Of a stretch of 64,000 nt of DNA, positions 56,472 to 64,000 are shown piece by piece. The translations under genes and the position numbers were made by a program. The first letter of the stretch is position 1. Each line of letters starts with the position of its first letter. The notes below the pieces were generated by a model. The model saw only the letters and a program-made list of their open reading frames with translations, did no database searches and had not been told where the DNA came from. The stretch comes from Candidatus Brocadia sp. (GTDB lineage: Bacteria; Planctomycetota; Brocadiia; Brocadiales; Brocadiaceae): positions 553,364 through 617,363 of the forward strand of contig JAJTXE010000003.1 in NCBI GenBank assembly GCA_021463795.1. Direction: 5' to 3'.

Positions 56472-56612
56472 TTTTATGGTAATTGCTCAATATCAACGGC
56501 ACGCATGTTCTTTTTATATCCACTCCGTTATCCACTTTTCATGAATGCGGGTGAGTGGGTGGTTATTCGTTTGATGATGTGCAAATTTCTTTATGTGAAA
56601 GGATAGTAGAGC

Positions 56613-57953
56613 ATGGCACTAACGGGATTAGACATTTATAAACTCCTTCCCAAAACAAATTGCAAGAAGTGCGGAAGGCCTACCTGTCTTGCATTTGCGA
56701 TGCAATTGGCGCAAAAAAAGGCAAACCTGTCGGATTGTCCGGATGTAAGCGAAGAGGCAAAAAAAGTGCTGGGTGCGGCAGCAGCCCCTCCCATTAAACT
56801 CGTGACGGTTGGTGCGGGCGCCAGACAAGTTCAGGTGGGTGAGGAAAATGTCCTGTTCAGACACGAAGAGAAGTTTTATCATCCCACGGGCGTCGCCGTC
56901 ACTATCCCGGACGACCTGAGTGAAGATGCTTTCAACGACCGGTTAAAAAAGGTTAACAGTTTGAAACTTACCCGTGTTGGTACGGAAATCGAGATTGACC
57001 TGATTGCCGTGATGAACAAGAGCAATAATGCAGAAAAATTTGCCGAAGCGGCAAAGAAAGTAAGTGCCGGGTCTCATTTGAATATGATTTTAAGCAGTGC
57101 GTCTGTGGATAATATGAAGGCTGCTTTGCAACATTGTGCTGAAAAGAGACCGCTGCTTCATGGCGCCAGTGCCAGCAACTGTGAGGCAATGGCAGCTCTT
57201 GCACAGGAAAAGAAGTGCCCGATGACCGTAACAGCCCAGACCCTTGAGGAGCTTGCTGAACTGGCAGAACGTGCCAAAAAGGCTGGCGTTGAAGAGATTG
57301 TTCTGGATGTGGGAGGGAACAATCCCAAAGAGGTGCTGCAAAAACTGACCAAGGTTCGTCGCCTTGCCTTAAAGAAAAATTTCCGCACGCTCGGATTCCC
57401 GATGATTACCTTTGTGTGTGATGAAGACCCGTTCCAGGAAATCGCACTGGCAAGCACCTATTTGCTGAAGTATGCCGGCATTGTTGCGGTGAATGCGTGT
57501 GAGCCATGGGCAATTATGCCCCTGCTTACTGCCAGGACAAATATATTTACGGATCCGCAAAAGCCCATACAGGTGGAGCCGCGATTGTACGCCGTTGGTG
57601 ACGTTAAGGATGATTCCCCGATATTGTTTACCACAAACTTCTCACTTACCTATTATACGGTTGAGGGAGAGGTTGAGTCGAGCCGTGTGCCTGCCTATAT
57701 TTTAGCGGTGGATACGGGTGGGACCTCCGTGCTAACTGCGTACTCAGGAGACAAATTAAACGACAAGGTGGTTGCGAAGGCCATGACAGACGCACAGGTT
57801 GATACCAAGGTAAAGCATAAGAAAATGATCATCCCGGGTCTTGTTGCCGTGATGTCCGGGAAATTGCAGGAGACCCTTGGATGGGAAATTCTGGTGGGTC
57901 CACGAGAGGCTTCGGGACTCCCTTCCTATCTGAAAACGGTGTGGAAAGCGTAA
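56613..57953 (+). CDS. acsC: corrinoid iron-sulfur protein, large subunit
   Basis: MALTGLDIYKLLPKTNCKKCGRPTCLAFAMQLAQKKANLSDCP ([4Fe-4S] motif). 446 aa. Confidence 0.95.
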   Translation: MALTGLDIYKLLPKTNCKKCGRPTCLAFAMQLAQKKANLSDCPDVSEEAKKVLGAAAAPPIKLVTVGAGARQVQVGEENVLFRHEEKFYHPTGVAVTIPDDLSEDAFNDRLKKVNSLKLTRVGTEIEIDLIAVMNKSNNAEKFAEAAKKVSAGSHLNMILSSASVDNMKAALQHCAEKRPLLHGASASNCEAMAALAQEKKCPMTVTAQTLEELAELAERAKKAGVEEIVLDVGGNNPKEVLQKLTKVRRLALKKNFRTLGFPMITFVCDEDPFQEIALASTYLLKYAGIVAVNACEPWAIMPLLTARTNIFTDPQKPIQVEPRLYAVGDVKDDSPILFTTNFSLTYYTVEGEVESSRVPAYILAVDTGGTSVLTAYSGDKLNDKVVAKAMTDAQVDTKVKHKKMIIPGLVAVMSGKLQETLGWEILVGPREASGLPSYLKTVWKA

Positions 57954-57996
57954 CATAACAAAGCTGCAACCAATACCTCTCTATTACCTCTCTCTT

Positions 57997-58055
57997 GGTA
58001 GGACAAGCGTCCCCACTTGTCATTATGATGTCAACCGGGGACGGTTGACCTGCCT
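57997..58055 (+). repeat. GTCATT-core palindromic intergenic repeat (copy C, full length)
   Basis: GGTAGGACAAGCGTCCCCacTTGTCATTATGATGTCAACcGGGGACGGTTGACCTGCCT. The outer arms are an imperfect inverted repeat. The core has GTCA..GTCA spaced 11 nt apart. Confidence 0.65.
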
Positions 58056-58175
58056 TAGGGATTTGCGGACGTGGTAAAAAACTTGCAAAAGCATGTCCTC
58101 ATGAAAATGGGGAAAGAATTTCTTACACAATAATACGATAAAACTGTTTAAGGATTTTCACTTCAGGTCTAATGT

Positions 58176-60203
58176 ATGGAAAACTCACGATTTAAAGTAC
58201 AGTTCTTTCCTGTTGACGTTACCGTAGAGATTGAAAAGGGAAAAACTATCCTCGATGCTGCATATAAGGGAGACCTGTTTATAAACGCCCTGTGCGGGGG
58301 CGACGGCACGTGCGGCAAGTGTAAAGTCATTCTGGGTTCCGGTATGATTGAAAGCATGCCCACGACTCATATCTCGGTATCAGAGGCGCAAAAAGGGTAT
58401 GTCCTCGCATGCAGTACAAAGGTAATGGGCAACCTGGAAGTAATCATTCCTGAAGAATCGAAGCTTGATAAAAGTCAAATCCTTGTCAGTGAATTTCCTC
58501 AATTCTCAGGTTCCCTGGCAGCAGCTACCGCTAACGTGGAACATTTTCAGCAAGACCCTTTGGTGAATAAAGTATATCTTGAACTGCCGCAACCTACCCT
58601 GGATGACAGTATGGCTGATTATGAGCGGCTGTGCAGGGAGATCATGGTGAAAACCCACGTTCCACTGGAAAAGCTGACTACAAATTTCGATGTCCTCAAA
58701 CGCCTTCCGGGTATTCTGAGGAGCAGTAACTGGAAGGTGACGATGACGCTGGGATACAGGGGTCCGTCGGTAGAAATTATGGAAATACAGGGGGGCAATG
58801 CCAGCGAAGGAAATTATGGTGTTGCCGTGGACGTTGGAACAACCACGGTGGTTGCGCACCTTATGAATCTTTCCCGCGGAGAGACGGTCGATGTTGAAGC
58901 AACCTACAATTCTCAGATTAAATATGGGGACGATTATATTCAGAGGATTATGTATGCCGCTGAAAATAACGCCATGGAGCTCATGCAGGAGGTGCTGGTT
59001 GAGGATATTAACCATCTCATTTCTACCCTTGTTAAGAGAAACCATCTTAGTATCCACGATATTCATGCGGTGGTTTGTGCGGGAAATACGGTAATGACCC
59101 ATTTTCTCATCGGTTTGGACCCTACGAATATCAGAAAAGAGCCGTATCTTCCGTCCGCAAGCTTTGTGCCTCCGTTGAGGGCACATGAGGTAGGGGTGAA
59201 AATTAATAGCAACGGCCTGCTCTATACCCTCCCGTGCGTTGGCGCTTATGTGGGAGGGGATATTTCTTCTGGTGCTTTGGCAATCAGGCTGGACAAGGCG
59301 GAGATGTTGTCGCTGCTCGTTGATATCGGCACGAATGGCGAGATTGTGCTGGGCAATAAAGACTGGATGGTGTGCTGTTCCGCATCGGCAGGCCCTTCTT
59401 TTGAAGGCAGCGGTATCTCCTGTGGTACCCGTGCGGCTAAGGGTGCTATTGAAAAGGTGTCGATTACAAAAAATTACCATGTTACGTATAAAACCATCGG
59501 AGACGCCCCGGCAAGCGGTATTTGTGGCTCCGGGCTTTTAGACTGCCTGGCGAATCTTGTCAGAAGTGGTGTCATCGACAGAACTGGCAATTTCCAGAAA
59601 GGAATAAGCTCAGATCGTTTGAGGAAAACAGACAACGGCTATGAATTTATCCTGGTTGACAGGAGCGAAACCTCTACAAAACGGGATATCGTTATTACCC
59701 AGGCGGACATTCAGAATCTCATGCGGTCAAAAGCGGCGATCTATTCGGCAATCTCTACCCTGCTCGAATCCATGGGAATGGAAGCAAGTAATATTGAGCA
59801 GCTCTATCTTGCGGGCGGGTTTGGCAATTATCTCGACATACGGAGCGCGATCACGATTGGGATGCTCCCTGACATGTCTGCTTCAAAAGTACAGTTTGTA
59901 GGGAATACCTCGGTGCTTGGCGCAAAGATGGTCCTCCTCGCAAAAGATGCCTATGAAGTGATGCTCCCTGACATGTCTGCTTCAAAAGTACAGTTTGTAG
60001 GGAATACCTCGGTGCTTGGCGCAAAGATGGTCCTCCTCGCAAAAGATGCCTATGAAGTTGCCAGAGTCATTGCGTCCAAGATGACATATTTTGATCTCAT
60101 GAGTAATAATAAATACATGGAGGAATATGTATCGGCAAACTTTTTGCCGCACACCGATATTGAAAAATTTCCATCCGTTGCAGAGGAACTGATGGTAAGT
60201 TAG
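58176..60203 (+). CDS. reductive activase of the corrinoid Fe-S protein (RACo: [2Fe-2S] ferredoxin plus ASKHA ATPase, DUF4445-type), carrying an internal 33-aa duplication
   Basis: N-terminal CGGDGTCGKCKV...LAC ferredoxin, ASKHA motifs VAVDVGTTTVVAH and LLVDIGTNGEIVLG. 675 aa including the duplicated MLPDMSASKVQFVGNTSVLGAKMVLLAKDAYEV. Confidence 0.9.
   Translation: MENSRFKVQFFPVDVTVEIEKGKTILDAAYKGDLFINALCGGDGTCGKCKVILGSGMIESMPTTHISVSEAQKGYVLACSTKVMGNLEVIIPEESKLDKSQILVSEFPQFSGSLAAATANVEHFQQDPLVNKVYLELPQPTLDDSMADYERLCREIMVKTHVPLEKLTTNFDVLKRLPGILRSSNWKVTMTLGYRGPSVEIMEIQGGNASEGNYGVAVDVGTTTVVAHLMNLSRGETVDVEATYNSQIKYGDDYIQRIMYAAENNAMELMQEVLVEDINHLISTLVKRNHLSIHDIHAVVCAGNTVMTHFLIGLDPTNIRKEPYLPSASFVPPLRAHEVGVKINSNGLLYTLPCVGAYVGGDISSGALAIRLDKAEMLSLLVDIGTNGEIVLGNKDWMVCCSASAGPSFEGSGISCGTRAAKGAIEKVSITKNYHVTYKTIGDAPASGICGSGLLDCLANLVRSGVIDRTGNFQKGISSDRLRKTDNGYEFILVDRSETSTKRDIVITQADIQNLMRSKAAIYSAISTLLESMGMEASNIEQLYLAGGFGNYLDIRSAITIGMLPDMSASKVQFVGNTSVLGAKMVLLAKDAYEVMLPDMSASKVQFVGNTSVLGAKMVLLAKDAYEVARVIASKMTYFDLMSNNKYMEEYVSANFLPHTDIEKFPSVAEELMVS
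59861..60058 (+). repeat. perfect 2 x 99-bp in-frame tandem duplication inside the RACo gene
   Basis: Unit 1 (59861-59959) and unit 2 (59960-60058) are identical base for base (gatgctccctgacatgtctg...gatgcctatgaagt). The flanking bases differ, so each unit is exactly 99 bp (33 codons). Confidence 0.97.
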
Positions 60204-60246
60204 GCCTTCGGCTACGTATAAATACAAATTTTCCCGACTGGAGTCC

Positions 60247-60304
60247 ATCCCCTTTCACCCCTGCCAGCGGGGGACATTTGTTTGTCGCCTTCCGTGAGAG
60301 GGAT
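60247..60304. repeat. imperfect palindrome of the CCCCTTTCAC...GTGAGAGGG type
   Basis: ATCCCCTTTCAC (60247-60258) pairs with GTGAGAGGGAT (60294-60304), with mismatches. Intergenic, between the RACo gene and cooC. Confidence 0.35.
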
Positions 60305-60359
60305 TAAGGGGGAGAAAATTTTTGTTTGAAATTTCTAAACCTTCAAAAAAGAGGTTTCT

Positions 60360-61151
60360 ATGGCTTTTAATATTGCAGTGGCAGGAAAGGGAGGAACGGG
60401 GAAGTCGACCCTTTCTGCCCTTATTATCCGATATATTACCGAAGAGCTTGGTAAGCCGGTATCGGCGGTAGATGCCGATCCGAATGCGTCTCTCGGTTCA
60501 TTGCTTGGTCTGCACGTGCAAAGCACCGTTGCTGACATCCGTGAAGATATCGTGGAGAAAAAAGTAGATTTTTCCGGGATGTCTAAGGACAGATATATTG
60601 AGTATGCCATCGAGGAGTCTATCATTGAAAAGGAGAAATTTGATCTTTTAACGATGGGGAGGCCGGAAGGGCCGAAATGTTATTGCTATGTCAATAATCT
60701 CCTGCGTAAATATCTTGATAAAGTAGGCACAACGTACCCGTTTATTGTTACCGACAATGAGGCAGGGATGGAGCATCTCTCACGCAGGACAACGAACAAT
60801 GTCGATCTCCTGTTGATTGTAAGTGAACCAACGATTGTAGGTGCATTGACCTTACAAAGGATCATCGCATTAGCTGAATCTCTTTCGGTTACGATCCGGC
60901 AAAAGTATTGTATCCTAAACCGGGTGCCCCAGAAGGGTATTCATGAAAATCTTCAGCAGAAGTTGGACAGCCTGGGAATTGAAGTATCTGCGATTTTCCC
61001 CTTTGATCAGGAGGTTTACGATACTGCGGCGTGTGGTGCTTCTGTGTTTGAAATTTCCCGTGAAAATGAGCTATATCAAAAACTGGGGAATTTCCTGCAG
61101 AAACATTTGCCGGCAAGTATGCTCGAAAAGAGCATCTCTGGGCGTACCTAA
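60360..61151 (+). CDS. cooC: CooC/AcsF-type Ni-insertion accessory ATPase
   Basis: AVAGKGGTGKST (P-loop) and GPKCYCYVNN (the CxC metal site). 263 aa. Confidence 0.9.
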   Translation: MAFNIAVAGKGGTGKSTLSALIIRYITEELGKPVSAVDADPNASLGSLLGLHVQSTVADIREDIVEKKVDFSGMSKDRYIEYAIEESIIEKEKFDLLTMGRPEGPKCYCYVNNLLRKYLDKVGTTYPFIVTDNEAGMEHLSRRTTNNVDLLLIVSEPTIVGALTLQRIIALAESLSVTIRQKYCILNRVPQKGIHENLQQKLDSLGIEVSAIFPFDQEVYDTAACGASVFEISRENELYQKLGNFLQKHLPASMLEKSISGRT

Positions 61152-61185
61152 AAGAGCGCGCCTTTAAAGGTTATACGCAGACACT

Positions 61186-61243
61186 TGTCATTGCGAGGAA
61201 CGCATGTAACGAAGCAATATTAATTCAAGGTTTAGGAATTTTA
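61186..61243. repeat. GTCATT-core repeat (copy R6) followed by a 25-nt motif shared with 44186-44210
   Basis: cacTTGTCATTGCgaggaacgcatgtaacgaaGCAATattaattcAAGGTTTAGGAATTTtaa. The stretch attaatt-N-aaggtttaggaattt-N-aa recurs at 44186-44210 with 2 mismatches. Confidence 0.45.
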
Positions 61244-61420
61244 ACCTTTTTGACTCAGGTAGAGCGACCAGCCTTGTCGTTCCACAATGAGGGAAGCTTA
61301 AAGTCGCTGCCTAAGGCAGCCAAAATAAAGAAAAACTCGTTCATTGACGTGTCCGCCAGCACGATGATGAGGTTTCTTGAGATTTTTAGATATTGAACGG
61401 ATTGGGTAGGAGAGAAATGA

Positions 61421-62380
61421 ATGGAAATACCAAATGTAGCTGACAAGTGGTCGGGTACGGTTAATGAAATTACCCTTGGCGCCACAAAGGACAATGGAGG
61501 TACGAGGACAAAGACCATTACGATTGGTGGTGCAAAAAGTATCCCTTTTATGGACTTTGAGGGGAATCCGGGACAAAAGCCTGTGGTTGCCATGGATGTC
61601 TATGACGTGCCGCCGGAAGACTGGCCGGAAACCCTGGCAAAACCTTTTGCGGACGTCCTTAACGATCCGGCACAATGGGCAAAAAAGTGCGTGGAACAGT
61701 ATGGTGCAGATTTAATCTGCCTCAAATTGGAGGGAATTCATCCCGATAAAGGCAACAAAACTGCAGAAGAGACCGTAAAGACGGTAAAATCGATCCTTGC
61801 TGCAGTAGGTGTCCCCCTGATTATCTGGGGATGTGAACATGACGAAAAAGACAATGAGGTCATGCCCAAGATAAGCCAGGCTGCAAGGGGAGAATGTTGT
61901 CTGATGGGGGTTGTTACCCAGGATAATTACAAGACACTTACCGCTACATGTCTGGCGGACGGACATGCGCTTATTACGCTGGCTCCGGTGGATATCAATA
62001 TTGCAAAACAGGTAAATATTCTTGTGTCTGAAATGGATTTTCCGCTCAACCGGATCGTGATGTTTCAGTCAACCGGTGCCCTGGGTTACGGTCTTGAGTA
62101 CACCTATTCTATTCAGGAACGCGAACGGCTGGCGGCGCTTACGGGTGATAAGATGATGTCGATGCCCGTAATCTGTGATGTTGGGCATGAGGCGTGGAGA
62201 ACCAAGGAGTCAAAATCGGGCGATAATGAAGTTCCCCAGTGGGGAGCGCGGGATGAGAGAGGCCCCATGTGGGAGGCTATTACGGCGGTTGGTTTGCTGC
62301 AGTCGGGTGTGGATATTATCCGTATGAGCCATCCGAAGGCCGTTGCTACGGTAAAAAAGTGTATTGACCGTTTATATTAA
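61421..62380 (+). CDS. acsD: corrinoid iron-sulfur protein, small subunit
   Basis: MEIPNVADKWSGTVNEITLGATKDNGGTRTKTITIGG... 319 aa, TIM-barrel-type CdhD/AcsD pattern. Confidence 0.95.
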   Translation: MEIPNVADKWSGTVNEITLGATKDNGGTRTKTITIGGAKSIPFMDFEGNPGQKPVVAMDVYDVPPEDWPETLAKPFADVLNDPAQWAKKCVEQYGADLICLKLEGIHPDKGNKTAEETVKTVKSILAAVGVPLIIWGCEHDEKDNEVMPKISQAARGECCLMGVVTQDNYKTLTATCLADGHALITLAPVDINIAKQVNILVSEMDFPLNRIVMFQSTGALGYGLEYTYSIQERERLAALTGDKMMSMPVICDVGHEAWRTKESKSGDNEVPQWGARDERGPMWEAITAVGLLQSGVDIIRMSHPKAVATVKKCIDRLY

Positions 62381-62485
62381 AAAACGTAATATTCACCTCA
62401 AAGACACGAATGACACAAAGGAAGAACGAAAGTAATAAAAAGTTCAAGGAATTGATAATTTTTAGAAAGAAAGGATAAACATACA

Positions 62486-63097
62486 ATGATTTCCATCGGT
62501 GAGCGCATTAATGGTATGTTTAAAGATGTACGAGAGGCGATAAAGAATAAAGATCCGAAGGCAGTAAGGGAACTTGCCATAAGACAGACAGAAGCAGGGG
62601 CAAGCTTTCTCGACGTAAATGTCGGCACTGCCGCAGCTGACCCTGTTGAGGCAATGAAATGGCTGATTGAGGTGGTTCAGGATACGGTAAAGACGCCGAT
62701 CGCCATTGATAGCCAGAAATTTGATGTAGTAAAGGCGGGTTTATCAGTTGCAAAGAACGAGATCTTGATCAATTCTTCAAAAGGAGATCCAGAAGAATTG
62801 GATAAATTCATGACCATAGCCAAGGAATATAATGCATCACTGATATGCCTGACCATGGATAAAACCGGTATTCCGCAGGACGTCGAGCGTCGCATGGAAT
62901 TTGCCATGAAGATCGTTGAAAAGGCCGTGGAGCATGAATACGAACTGTCAAAGGTCTATATCGATCCCATACTTTTCCCTATTAATGTTGATCAGAAGCA
63001 GCCAGCGCTCATGTTCGACATCTTCAATCAGATTAGAGGCACAAGCTGCAGGGGTGCCTACGATCGGTTATGGGGCATTTATCAATACGATCATTGA
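62486..63097 (+). pseudogene. acsE: methyl-THF:corrinoid/Fe-S protein methyltransferase, 3'-truncated after about codon 184
   Basis: MISIGERINGMFKDVREAIKNKDP...[27 protein letters not shown] is collinear with AcsE/MeTr. Expected next is ...P..KTV.GLSNVS... plus ~75 more residues. Instead the frame reads [19 protein letters not shown]. Confidence 0.8.
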
Positions 63098-63269
63098 TTT
63101 TATCATAGTTGCGTTCGCCATCTTTATGTTAGTTCGGGTCATCAACAAGGTAACACAACCAAAACCTGTGGCTGCACCTGCAAAAACAAAAGAATGCGCA
63201 TTCTGCATCTCCGCTGTTCCGATCAAAGCAACCCGATGTCCATTTTGCACCTCTGAGTTAAAGGCCTAA
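63036..63269 (+). pseudogene. mscL: large-conductance mechanosensitive channel, C-terminal ~75 codons only
   Basis: [39 protein letters not shown]... aligns with MscL TM2 (E. coli ...[28 protein letters not shown]). The tail is a Zn-ribbon-like [22 protein letters not shown]. There is no TM1 or start codon, because the upstream DNA is acsE in another frame. Confidence 0.75.
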
Positions 63270-63323
63270 TATCAAATCATGAAAGCAATGATAGAGGCCT
63301 TCCATTTTTTGCACATGTTTGTT

Positions 63324-63375
63324 ACACCTCTTGATTTTATCGTAAGTGTTTTGTCGCGACGAAATCAAGAGGTGT
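63324..63375. terminator. hairpin between convergent genes (bidirectional terminator candidate)
   Basis: Perfect 14-bp arms ACACCTCTTGATTT / AAATCAAGAGGTGT with a 24-nt loop, followed by TTTGCCTTTC on the plus strand. Confidence 0.55.
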
Positions 63376-63411
63376 TTTGCCTTTCTGCTCTATGGAGACA
63401 AGTTAAGCATC

Positions 63412-63957
63412 TTAATAGATATTTTTCCTCTCAGATTTATTTTCCAGACAAGCAAGATAGTGGAGCGCTATCTCATTTTTCGGAGCAATTTCCAGCACTT
63501 TTTTATACCAGGAGATAGCAGTTCTATCCTCATGAATTTGGCGATAGGCATGACCCAGGTTCAAACGGACCCGCACTTTCGCAAGATCGTTTTCTCCTGC
63601 CAAAAGATCCGCCTTTCGATAGTTTTCAATCACAAATTCATAGAGATCAGTCCGATAGTATTTTGCCAGTGGCCATATGGTATCGGCTGATTCTTTATAA
63701 TAACGCTCTGATTTCTGGTTCCACTGTTTTCCCCAATTCAGAAGTTCAACGGCCTGATCTGCTTTTCCCTCACCATCAGGCATCCGGTTTGGGTTTTTTG
63801 TCCAGGATACCCATTTCGACCACAGCAGCCAGGCCATCGTAGTATAGGTATCGATATCTTTACGATCAATGGTAACAATTCGATAACCAATGCGAATCGC
63901 CTTGTTATAGCTTCCCGCGGGATTATCAAAATGCTGGTTGTCTATGTAAAAGCCCAT
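63412..63957 (-). CDS. TPR-like repeat protein, function unknown
   Basis: 181 aa. AAGGAG lies just upstream of the ATG at 63957. The C-terminal ...LNLGHAYRQIHEDRTAISWYKKVLEIAPKNEIALHYLA... is a TPR unit. Confidence 0.55.
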   Translation of the reverse strand: MGFYIDNQHFDNPAGSYNKAIRIGYRIVTIDRKDIDTYTTMAWLLWSKWVSWTKNPNRMPDGEGKADQAVELLNWGKQWNQKSERYYKESADTIWPLAKYYRTDLYEFVIENYRKADLLAGENDLAKVRVRLNLGHAYRQIHEDRTAISWYKKVLEIAPKNEIALHYLACLENKSERKNIY

Positions 63958-64000
63958 ACACTCCTTTAACAGACCTGTATCATATTGACAAGGTAAATCT

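Noticed and set aside
58506-59480. 324-codon ORF antisense to the RACo gene.
   Set aside because: It lies entirely inside a confidently assigned gene on the other strand. The translation is Arg/His/Asn-rich with no motifs, which is typical of a shadow ORF.
61152-61420. Possible cobalamin riboswitch upstream of acsD; an AGGGAAGC stretch caught my eye.
   Set aside because: It lacks the GGTG...CC pairing and a recognisable B12 box. The region is better explained by the GTCATT-type repeat.
1-64000. Looked for CRISPR arrays, rRNA, tmRNA, SRP RNA, transposases, integrases, phage genes and restriction-modification genes.
   Set aside because: I found no regularly spaced direct repeats, no rRNA, tmRNA or SRP signature blocks, and no ORF with DDE, tyrosine- or serine-recombinase or capsid/terminase-like motifs. 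Absence judged by eye only.

Overview
This is a 64-kb chromosomal window with about 60 protein genes, 2 tRNAs and one RNase P RNA. I saw no rRNA, CRISPR array, transposase, integrase or phage genes.

Gene content mixes housekeeping functions with anaerobic autotroph metabolism.
- Housekeeping: secA, dnaG-rpoD, truA, xseAB, coaD, nadK, dxs, hisF, thiSG, moaC, glgC, and the envelope genes lptD, degT and a porin.
- Autotroph metabolism: formate-THF ligase, a 4-subunit 2-oxoacid:ferredoxin oxidoreductase, a fused NfnA-NfnB-like oxidoreductase, a Rieske/cytochrome b operon whose cyt b carries a fused dihaem cytochrome c, and a CODH/acetyl-CoA synthase (acs) cluster with its corrinoid protein, activase and Ni-insertion ATPase.

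This combination suggests an anammox-type Planctomycetota (Brocadiales-like). That is inference only; no search was run.

The most unusual signal is in the right-hand 15 kb (48.6-63.3 kb), where several same-strand genes are abruptly broken with no mobile element nearby.
- The CODH catalytic subunit survives only as its last ~135 codons, and the break sits exactly at the end of a palindromic repeat.
- A ClpP C-terminal remnant abuts the acsB stop codon.
- acsE is cut at about codon 184 and joined in another frame to the 3' part of mscL.
- The CoFeSP activase (RACo) carries a perfect in-frame 99-bp tandem duplication.
- An M28 peptidase has lost its middle and also has a frameshift.

Other points worth a second look:
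- a family of GTCATT-core palindromic intergenic repeats;
- an HgdC-type activator fused to a dehydratase or double-cubane-like subunit, with a partner gene;
- a class III cyclase plus cNMP-binding protein pair next to an atypical kinase plus metallophosphatase pair;
- an AddB-like nuclease with no AddA, next to a DUF2130 protein;
- a few small unannotated ORFs and one sRNA candidate.

All calls come from reading translations and motifs by eye. No alignment scores or database hits were computed.
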